Assembly (NCBI GenBank): GCA_951406725.2
Contig: OX597832.1
Span: 7,564,001 to 7,628,000, forward strand
Length of the DNA stretch: 64,000 bases
Direction of reading: 5' to 3'
Source of the DNA: Octopus vulgaris
Taxonomy: Eukaryota
Shown in pieces: positions 54,002 through 64,000 of this stretch. Position numbers and translations under genes: made by a program. Every line of letters starts with the position of its first letter. Position 1 is the stretch's first letter. The notes under the pieces were generated by a model. That model was not told the DNA's origin, did not search any database, and was given only the letters and a program-made list of their open reading frames with translations.

Positions 54002-54163
54002 TATATATATATATTTCGATTTTGGATTTAGTTTGCAAGATTCTTTATGAGTTCATGTGTTGAAGCATATTCTGTTATGTCTGGGTAGAGTCATTTTCGT
54101 TTTGTGCCTTATAATGTAACACACTCACCGGAAAATTTTCCACTTATTTCTTATTGTTATTTT

Positions 54164-54201
54164 CTTAAAATTTTCGTTGCGTCTTGCAACCTTTTCAATA
54201 G
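54164..54201 (-). ncRNA. HHR-like motif with U3:A8 core and weak helix I
   Basis: cta-TTGAAAA-g-gttgc(aagac)gcaac-GAAAATTT-ta. Confidence 0.5.
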
Positions 54202-54810
54202 TCTTGACTCTGTCCGTTATTTACACTGCGTTCCTTTTTTATTTGTTTGTGCGCATGTGTATGGGTTAGTGTGTGTGTGCCAATGCATGCATACATGTAC
54301 GTATGTATGTTTGTATCCATGTATGCATGTGTATGTATGTATATATGTGTTTGTGTGTGCATGTGTATGTATCCTGTATATTCATGTGCTTGTATGTCTG
54401 TGTTTGTATTTTTTCTATGTATGTGTGTGTGTGTGAGCGTGTGTTTGTATATGTATGCATCTCTGTCCCCTTATGTGTGCATGTCTGTGTCTGTGTGTTT
54501 TATGCAACTATGTACCATGTTTGTATATATGGATGGATGTGCGTCTCTATATGTGTGGATCCGTGGCTCCATGTCTCCATATGCGTCCTTGTGTGGAGTA
54601 AAGTGTGTGTGTATATATGACCATGTGTGTCAATCTCCATTTGCGTATGTGTGCTTGTCAGTTCTTATAACCTATGTACCTATATGTCTGTATGTTGATC
54701 TGTTCATTTTCATATCCATATGGTTGCATACAAAACAAAAATACATGTGCATACACACACACTCACACCCACCCACACAATACATACATACATATATCTA
54801 GATAAATCTA

Positions 54811-55219
54811 CGAGTGGCTGTGTGGTAAGTAGCTTGCTAACCAACCACATTGTTCCGGGTTCAGTCCCACTGCGTGGCATCTTGGGCAAAGTGTCTTCTG
54901 CTATAGCCCCGGGCCGACCAATGCCTTGTGAGTGGATTTGGTAGGACGGAAACTGAAAGAAGCCTGTCGTATATATGTATATATATATATATATATATGT
55001 GTTTGTTTGTGTGTCTGTGTTTGTCACCCTAGCATTGCTTGACAACCGATACTGGTGTGTTTATGTCCCCGTTACTTAGCGGTTCGGCAAAAGAGTTCGA
55101 TAGAATAAGTACTGGGCTTACAAAAAGAATAAGTCCCGGGGTCGAGTTGCTCGATTAAAGGCGGTGCTCCAGCATGGCCGCAGTCAAATGACTGAAACAA
55201 GTAAAAGAGTAAAAGAGTA
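54811..55219 (+). mobile_element. SINE family B, near full length
   Basis: Head, internal TA/TG tract, GTAAAAGAG tail. Confidence 0.9.
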
Positions 55220-55738
55220 ATAACAGTCCACTAACTATTCTACTCTACCTGTGTAAACTGTGGGTATGGAGGTATTATATCTACTATGTATATTTCCTAT
55301 TTAGTATTTGGGAGGTTTCATTTATAAGGACGTACTCCCGTATTTGTCTCAGTTTTGGGTCTTTGGCGTGCTTGGATAAGATGCCGATGTCAAGTTGACC
55401 CAAGTTGTCTCCATGGTGGTCTTTGGCATGTTGGTAGAGTATGGACGACTGTTTTTTGTCGTCATTATCTTTTACTTGCTTCAGTCATTAGACTGTGGCC
55501 ATGCTGGGGGCACCGCCTTCGAGACATTTTAGTCGAATGACTCGACTCCAGGACTTAATTTTCTAAAGCATGGCATTGTTCTATCGGTCTCTATTGCCGA
55601 ACTGCTAATTTACATGGAGAACAAACCCGAACATGGAGAACAAACCCGAACACGCGCGTGTGCGCGCACACACACGTATATATATATATATATATATATA
55701 TACTCACACACAAATATATATATACATATATATAGATA

Positions 55739-56611
55739 CAGGAGTTGGACAAAATAAGGGAAAAACCTAGCATCATAGCATCATAATTTTGAAATATCTA
55801 TAAAACCGCCAAAAGCTTCTTTAGTTTTATGTTTTTTTTTATTTATCATTAGTATTACTTAATAGGTTTTGCTAAAATTGCTGTTTCTTTTCAGATATAT
55901 TGAGAGAAAGATAATTAAGATTCATTAAAATGCCAAATCTATCGGACTTCCAAAGAGGTCAAAATGTAGGTGCTGCTATGGCAGGCGCTAGCCTAACGAA
56001 AACAGCCGAAATATTTTGTGTATCAAGAAGTACTGTCTCGAAAGTCATGACAGCCTTTGAGAAAGAAGGAAACACCTCTTCGTTGAAACAAAACTCCGGA
56101 AGAAAGACAAAACTTTCAGATACGGACCGTCGGATTCTTATGCGAATTGTTAGAAAGGATCTCAAAAGTACAGCTCCCAAAAGTACTGCAGAGCTTAATG
56201 ACCACCTCGAGAACACAGTTTCCTCAAAAACTGTTCGCCGGGAGCTGCACAAAGCCAGATTTCATGGGAGGGCTGCAATCAGAAAACTTCAACTTTCAAA
56301 GCAGTGGAAGAATGTTATTTTCTCGGACGAGTCATCCATTACCTTGTTTTCGACTACCGGCCGAGCTTACGTGTGAAGACAGTCAAAAGAAGCATTTGAC
56401 CAACACTGCCTTCTTCTAACTGTTAAACATGGAGGAGGATCTGTGATGATCTGGGAGGTGGGGCTATATCTTGGAAATCCACCGGCGTAATGGTTTCCCT
56501 TCATGGCAGAATTAATAGTCAAGACAATTTAAGCCTTTTATCTGATCAAATTCATCCGATGCGGAACTGTTTCCAGAGGGAAACGCAGTCTTTCAGAATA
56601 ACAATGCACCA
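55739..56611 (+). mobile_element. 3'-truncated Tc1-like transposon (transposase from 55930, disrupted)
   Basis: TA|CAGGAGTTGGAC terminus; LSDFQRGQ..VSRSTVSKV..WKNVIFSDES..TVKHGGGSVMIW..FQNNNAP. Confidence 0.9.
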
Positions 56612-57331
56612 AGTATATCTTTGTATTTCTTAGTAACAAATGAAACACGTGTACTGAAGAATGAATAAAACTAAAACATTAGTATTTCCTCTTTTCTGTT
56701 TTGTTATATACAGACTGCCTTCTTCTAACTGTTAAACATGGAGGAGGATCTGTGATGATCTGGGAGGTGGGGCTATATCTTGGAAATCCACCGGCGTAAT
56801 GGTTTCCCTTCATGGCAGAATTAATAGTCAAGACAATTTAAGCCTTTTATCTGATCAAATTCATCCGATGCGGAACTGTTTCCAGAGGGAAACGCAGTCT
56901 TTCAGAATAACAATGCACCAAGTATATCTTTGTATTTCTTAGTAACAAATGAAACACGTGTACTGAAGAATGAATAAAACTAAAACATTAGTATTTCCTC
57001 TTTTCTGTTTTGTTATATACAGACTGCCTTCTTCTAACTGTTAAACATGGAGGAGGATCTGTGATGATCTGGGAGGTGGGGCTATATCTTGGAAATCCAC
57101 CGGCGTAATGGTTTCCCTTCATGGCAGAATTAATAGTCAAGACAATTTAAGCCTTTTATCTGATCAAATTCATCCGATGCGGAACTGTTTCCAGAGGGAA
57201 ACGCAGTCTTTCAGAATAACAATGCACCAAGTATATCTTTGTATTTCTTAGTAACAAATGAAACACGTGTACTGAAGAATGAATAAAACTAAAACATTAG
57301 TATTTCCTCTTTTCTGTTTTGTTATATACAG
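56405..57331 (+). repeat. Three apparently identical 309-bp tandem copies
   Basis: actgccttcttc starts at 56405, 56714 and 57023. Confidence 0.95.
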
Positions 57332-57400
57332 GAAATATCGTTTACTTGAATTCATGTTTAATGTTAATGTAATTGATATTACCACCCTTGTGACACTTTG

Positions 57401-58073
57401 GGATCTTTTCCTTTTGAACGGCACTTTGTAACATAATTTCTAGGTAACTAAAAAGTTTTAAACTTCGTATACTGGTAGAATGTGTTTATAAAACATCATT
57501 TTCTCTTGGTTTTATTGAGAACATTCTATAGTTTGTAAGATATTTCGTCTGAAATTCCGAGCATTTCGACAATTTTAACCTCCATTGAGCTAAAATAATT
57601 TGCTACGTCTAAAACTGAGACAACATCCTGTCACTAATCCTAAACCTCACCCTAACCCTAACCCTAACCCGTATACGTACGGAAAGCGTGTGTATAAAAT
57701 TATAGAATTATTTTGTTTGTTAATTGTTTAAATTATTTTCCATTACTTTGGTTTTTTTACACGCGTAACAATTAAATTAATTTAACAATTAAGAAAAAAA
57801 ATTAGGGTTAGGGTTAGGGTTAGAGTTAGGGTGAGGTTTAGGGTTAGTGATAGGATGTTGTCTCAGTTTTAGACGCAAATGATTTTAGCTCAATTAGAGG
57901 CGATTCATTGGTTAACATTCGAAAAATTAAACTACGTTAAACAAACGAATTACAATTTTATCAAGAAAGCTAAGAGAAAAAAAATGTATTATTTTGATAC
58001 ATTCTACCAGTATACGAAGTTTTAATGTGTTTAGTTAACTAGAAATTGCGTACTGTTCAAAAGGAAAAGATCC
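57401..58073. mobile_element. Non-autonomous TIR element (Merlin-like) with internal telomere repeats
   Basis: GGATCTTTTCCTTTTGAAC termini; 8-bp TSD ACACTTTG (57393-57400 and 58074-58081); CCCTAA and TTAGGG arrays in the arms. Confidence 0.8.
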
Positions 58074-58109
58074 ACACTTTGTAACACTTTTCTGGTTAAG
58101 GTTTTTTTC

Positions 58110-58282
58110 TTCTACTTTAGGTACAAGGCCGAAATTTGGGGCGAGGGGGCCAGTCGATTAGATCAAACCCAGTACGCAACTGGTACTTAATTTATCGACC
58201 CCGAAAGGATGAAAGACCTCGGCGGAATTTGAACTCAGCACAGACGAAATACTGCTAAGCATTTCGCCCGGCGTGCTAACGA
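58110..58282 (-). mobile_element. SINE family C
   Basis: Reverse match. Confidence 0.85.
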
Positions 58283-59159
58283 TTCTGCCAACTCGCCGCT
58301 TAAGAGAAGATAGTTTTGTAATACCCAGCTACTTACACACGAACTCAACTGAATACTTATCGTAAACAACAATAGAGACATATTAGTTTACATCATTCAA
58401 CTACGGTAGTTGTTGAATAATTGAATAATATTCTTAAGGCCGCAATTTAGTCATAAGAAGCATCTTTCAGAGCTTGTCACTAATTCAGTTCTCAACCAAT
58501 GTAGCTACATTTTGGCATAGATACTTAAAAAATGAGAGAATACTTAAAACATGAGAGCCAGAAGTACCAATAAAGCTAAGGTTTTATGAAAAGACTAAAA
58601 AAGTGAAGACTTGACAATATCTTAGGTAATAACTCAATCAAATTTCACTGTGAACTTATTGTTATAAGTAGATTTACTGTAATATATAACTAATTTTTAT
58701 ATTATTCTATTTATTGCACTAACTAATTATGTACGACTATTATTTTTTACAACCTATTTTGAAATTTCTAATTATTAATTAATAATTTTAAAAATGAATT
58801 TTTTAAAGTGAAAAAATATTTTGAGTTATATTTTATTTTTAATAGAAGTAACAATAATAAATAGAAGTAATAATTTTTAATAAAATTTTTAGTTTTAATA
58901 AAAGCTAATATTTTTTAAATCTAAATATTTTATTTGAAATTTTATCCTTAGCTACAATATTATAAGTAAAAAATTTTCTTTTTCTGTACTTTACCAGATG
59001 TAATAAGTTGTCTTGAACTTTTTCTAGTGTAATAAATTGTCTCAAGAAAATTATTTCTCTTGCTCGCATTTTTCCATGTAATTAATTTTTGTTGGGACTA
59101 TTTATTTATATTTTTGTGCAGCTAAAGCCCTAGGATATAATTCACGTAAGTTTTCGCAA

Positions 59160-59375
59160 TGATTTCAAATTTTGGTGCAAAAAACAGCAATTTCGTGGAA
59201 GGGTCTAATTGGTTGTTCCACGACTCCAGTACACAACTGGTACTTATTTTGTCGACCCGAAATGATGAAAGGCAACGTCAACCTCGGTGGAATTTGAACT
59301 CAGAACGTAAAGACGGACGAAATACCACTAAGCATTTAGCCCGGCGAGCTAACGATTCTGCTAGCTCACCGCCTT
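59160..59375 (-). mobile_element. SINE family C
   Basis: Reverse match. Confidence 0.8.
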
Positions 59376-60477
59376 CAGTTCTGTAGTCATGTAAGATGAA
59401 TTTTTGCCCAAATAGATTTAATTATAACCGAAACAAGACCTGAGTTGTCGTTTTACAGCCGAAGATCACATTCAATTCCAACTACATTCAATATTTAATT
59501 AATTCAAATTTTACATTATGTTTCTCTCGCTCTTCTTGATCAGTATTAATCATTATGATATTAATTAATTAATTTTTGTCAATATTACTACTATTTTCTT
59601 TAATTAAAATTTCTCGGTTCAACATATAATATTTAAGCTATCAGTTAGTACGGAAAACAACTCGAGACATTCTGAATTCACTTCACTTTTTCAGTATTAA
59701 CATATAGACGTATTAGCGATGTAATCTTTAAGAGCCCAGAAATAAATGTCTGTCGGCGCAAAGTAAGAGATTTAATGCAACTTTGAATTATTATTCTAAT
59801 ATGCCTTCAGCAAGATTTTAATAGAAGAGACAGTTAATACTTACAAACACTTTGCTGAATAATTTCAACAGAAACAAATATATTCTTAGTTGTCTCTAGT
59901 TTCTTGCCAAGGGAAATATAACATCGGTCAACGATTAATATTCGTTTCTGTTTATCACGTAACTAATCTTACTTAGGCTTTTTAATGTTCAGAGCATCAA
60001 GTGTGCATACACTGGCTTAACTTTTAATTAGCATGCAGACTGGGTTTCAGAATAATTAGACAATTTCATTTCTTAACAGCAAAGGTAAGCGACATCAGCT
60101 ATAAATATAACAAGAAGATATAGTTCCTAGTCGCTACATGTATAAATTATATTCTTTTACCACTATATCGAACCGACGATCCTTCGAGAATATTTCAAAC
60201 TCACTTAGTACTAATTTTATTTTCTAAGAGACACAGTAATGAAAACTATAATGCGTTTAGTTTAGTTATGTGAATTTAATGCCAGCTCTTCAAACTCTCT
60301 CTCTCTCTTCACCCCTCTCTCTCTATCTATCTATACTCACATATGTGTGTACACATGGATATATCTATGTGTGTGTGTATGCATTTGCATATATAAATTA
60401 TACACACACACACACTAACATATATATATATATAGATAGATGGATAGACATGTGAATGTATCTTTTATGACTTACGC

Positions 60478-60955
60478 TTATCTTTTACTTGTTTTAGTCA
60501 TTGGACAGCAGCCATGCCTGAGTACCACCTTGAAGCGGGTTTTAGCCGAATAAGTCGATCCGAGTGTTTAAATGTTTAATTCTGTTGGTCTCCTTTACTG
60601 AACCGTTAAGTTAAGAGGACGCAAACAAACCAACATGGATTGTCAAATTGTGGTGGTGGGACAAATACGGTAGAAACACACATACATACAGTGCATATAC
60701 ATACAAGAATAAACATACACACACGTGCATATAAATACAAAATAAATACACACACACATACACACACACACATACACTCATATATACATACGACGAGCTT
60801 CCATACAGTTTCCGTCTACCAAATTTTCTCTGAAGGCATTGCTAGGTATGAAGCTATAATACAAGACACATCTTTAAAGCACTACGCAGGCACTCTAATG
60901 CACTGGGGTTGAATTCAAAACCACTTCTTAGCGAAGCGAGCCTCTTAACCACACA
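60478..60955 (-). mobile_element. Diverged SINE family B
   Basis: Reverse match. Confidence 0.75.
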
Positions 60956-61879
60956 ATTATATATTCAGTATTTGTTGTGAGCAGAAATAGACTCTCACTT
61001 GCCCATCTCAAACTTGATCGAGCAGAATACCGATGGTCCGACCAACAGTAGTGAAAACTGCACCAGTGCTTGGCTGCAATACATTTTCAGTTGAGTCATG
61101 TGGAGCAATGTGACGTATAGCGCCTTGCTCAAGAACAAAATGCGCCAACCCTGTCCTGGAGTCGATCTCACGATCTTCTAATCGTTATTCGAACACCAAA
61201 GAGATGTGGGCTTTTGATGGAAGGTATAGTGCTCCTTATGGTCGTGAGATCGATTCCTGGATTGACAGCGCAAATGTCCGCGAATAAGGCGCATCATTTT
61301 CCATTTCTCCCTCTTATCTTGCTGAAGCTATCAGTGTAGTGCCGGCCCAGCTTCTCTCTCCCATCAGCTGTTAAACTCCCAACCTTCCACCGGATCATGG
61401 ATATAGGAGCAACAGGGACGACATAGTGTCTATGTCGGCTCTCATCGACAATTAGCGAAAGATTGAGGGATATTGGAAGTCATACTCATTGTGTGGTGAT
61501 AAAAGGACGGTATATATGTAAATATATGAGTGTGAAAAAAAAAATGAAAAAGGTATCCACTACATCACGGTAGTTTGTGATATATGGAGTCCATTACTCT
61601 GTGTTACATAGCGACCAAAGCAGAGAAGCGGTGTTTACTCTGTCCCGTTTTATTTGCAAATTATATTCGGAATACTTTTATATAGCTTACTCCTCCTTTT
61701 AGTTTGATAAGTTTAGTGAAAGAAATCAAACCAAGTACTTATTCTATCGATCTATTTTTTTAAAACAAATCAAAACCGGATATCAAACAATGAGTGTGTG
61801 TGTGATGGAGACAAGCCTTTCGATACAAACACACATATTCATTCCACATAAATTATAATTTATATCATTGTTATTTCGA

Positions 61880-62240
61880 CTTGATTTCGTCTGTCTTCAC
61901 TTTCTGAGTTCAAATTCCGCCGAGGTCGACTTTGCCTTTCATCCTTTCAGTTTCTATCAAATATGTACCAGTTGAGCACTGAGCCCCATCCCCGAAGCTA
62001 CAGATTTTATGCCAAAATTTGAAACCGCTATCACGTCTTAATTTCACGGAGGCGAGCCAGCAAGATCATTAGCACACCGGACATATTGCTTCTTGGTATT
62101 TCGTCTTTCTTTACGTTTTGAATTCAAATTTTACCGAGGTCAATGTTGTCTTTCATCTCTTTCGATGATAAGCACCAGTTGAGCGCTAGAGTCGATGTCA
62201 TCGACATGTCCCCTCCCCCCAAATTTCAGGTCTTGTACCT
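61880..62240 (+). mobile_element. Two SINE C copies
   Basis: Meta-like domains. Confidence 0.75.
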
Positions 62241-62618
62241 ATAGTAGAAGGCCTTATTATGACTTAGTTTTGTCTTCAATTCGACATAGTCGAACTAGGG
62301 ACTCTGTATGTGGTATATTGGCCCTCTAAGCATATCTGTTTAATATCCCACAATTCATCCCCTCTGCTGTTTTAATAAAGAAGGACGCACTGGACATTTT
62401 GTGCCAGATATATTATATTAAAAAAAAAAGGCAGGAAGGTTTTCATGCATCGAATATCTTTGAGTATAGGTCAGTCAAATCAATAGTAACATTGGCAGCA
62501 GTATGAGAAACAATAACAATAACAAGAACACCAGTGAGCATACTCATAAAGTAGAAGTGTTCTCCTTATTTTGTATATGTCTAAGTCCCTTAGCTAGTGG
62601 AGACAAGGTTCTACAATT

Positions 62619-62663
62619 GTCGTGCTGATGACGCCGATTCAAGTAGAAACAGATGTGTACGAC
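62619..62663 (+). ncRNA. Degenerate hammerhead motif (G at cleavage position, probably inactive)
   Basis: gtcgtg-CTGATGA..GAAAC-agat-GTG-tacgac; 6-bp helix I, helix II poor. Confidence 0.55.
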
Positions 62664-63749
62664 TGTCCTTTTACCCGATATCTCTATCCATTTCCTTAAT
62701 GGCATGTTAGCTTTGAGGAATGTTTGATTCTTGAGATTATCTCCCCTTCTCGTTTGGACCTGGTCAGAATTGCCATTTCCTAATTATGACCCCCGCTCAA
62801 TTGTGATAAATCAGGAATTTATGTCGTATTGCATTTAACATACCCAGCCTTGCCCGGGTTTGTTAATTCAAAACATAGTGACAAACTTCATTTGGTCGGG
62901 GAATGTAGATTTATTCAGATGTGTTGTATTCAAACATCTAGGAAAACAATTCAAGTTGGCCGTCATAAAATGACACGGAAAAAGAAATATAGTATAAAAT
63001 AAACAAATATACAGCCTTTAATAAAACTATATTCATGTATTTTCTTTTCATTATCTCCGACTACATTTTTGTGGTAAAAATACTGGAACAATTTACATAA
63101 TTACTCTTTACGAATTATTTTTCAAATCAGTAACATTTTATCGTATGTTGCAGTACTTGGGGAAAATGCAATATTCCAATGCAATATTCCAGGACAGGGT
63201 TGACGTATTGTGTAATTGAAACACGCAAGGTGTTTCAATTATATTTTGAATGCTTTAATATAATTTACCTTTTCTTTTTAACGTGATGAGTTTAGTGGAA
63301 TTAAAGAAAAACTACTGAAAAATTTTCAGACAAGATCCTGGAAAAAGATGTACCCCTACGTAAAATTTCGACTACTTAGGTACAAAACTATGATCTAAAA
63401 CAGTGGTTTGGAAAATAGAGCAGCACTGGGAGCAGTGGAAAGATTCAGTAGTGGTGATGGGGTCATTCAAGAAAAGTCAGGGGATTTGCTGCAGAAAGTG
63501 CTCTATGTATGAAGTGATGGCGGAGGAGGCCGCTAGGAATGTGGACCGGGTGTTAAGGGGGCGACAACCCGAAAAAGTTCGAGAATTACAAATCTCAAAT
63601 TTGAAACATACATAAATGCATTCACTTTTATGGGTTATAACTACCAAATTTTTTAATCGAAATATTATGTTTTTGTGTAATTTAATTTTGAAAATAAAGA
63701 AGGATTTTAATAAAATACCTTTGTCATTATTAAGGTAGTGGTTTCGAGA

Positions 63750-64000
63750 ATAGCGAGCTTGGCATTTCGTCCGTCTTTATGTTGTGACTTCTAATTCAGC
63801 CGGGGCCAACTTTGCATTTCATCCTTTCTGGGTCGATAAAAGAAATATCAGTTGACCAATGGAGTCGCTTACCCCCAAATTGCTGGACTTGTGCCAATAT
63901 GTGAAACTGATATTATGATAGTGATGAAGACAGCGAGCTGGCAGAATCGTTAGCACGCCGGGCGAAATGCTTAGCGGTGTTTCGTTTGCCGCTACGTTCT
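63750..64000 (+). mobile_element. Two SINE C copies, second runs off the window
   Basis: Head and Meta-like domain. Confidence 0.8.

Noticed and set aside
56405-57331. CRISPR-like or satellite array
   Set aside because: Whole 309-bp units are identical, with no spacers and no cas genes; eukaryotic context
62835-63265. Possible minus-strand Helitron with hairpins at ~62845 and 63213-63240
   Set aside because: Terminal CTAG and TC not clear

Overview
AT-rich, microsatellite-dense animal non-coding DNA (intron or intergenic). The SINE families resemble those of octopus/coleoid cephalopods (inference from recalled repeat families, not a database match). I found no convincing host-gene exon, and almost all listed ORFs are microsatellite read-throughs. 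The window holds three tRNA-derived SINE families, degenerate Tc1/mariner/maT/pogo transposons, R4/Dong-like and RTE-like LINE relics, non-autonomous Helitrons, and a Merlin-like TIR element carrying telomere repeats. The main hidden signal, not visible in the ORF track, is a Penelope-like retroelement (PLE)/hammerhead-ribozyme (HHR) system. About a dozen intact or degenerate type I hammerhead motifs with palindromic helix III occur, several with a U3:A8 core variant, mostly in fold-back insertions inside (TA)n tracts. These include a ~1-kb-arm palindrome, two ~426-nt circularly permuted retrozyme-like monomers, and a tRNA-headed SINE carrying its own hammerhead and a PLE-type inverted end. 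All structures were read by eye, so boundaries are approximate and activity is untested.
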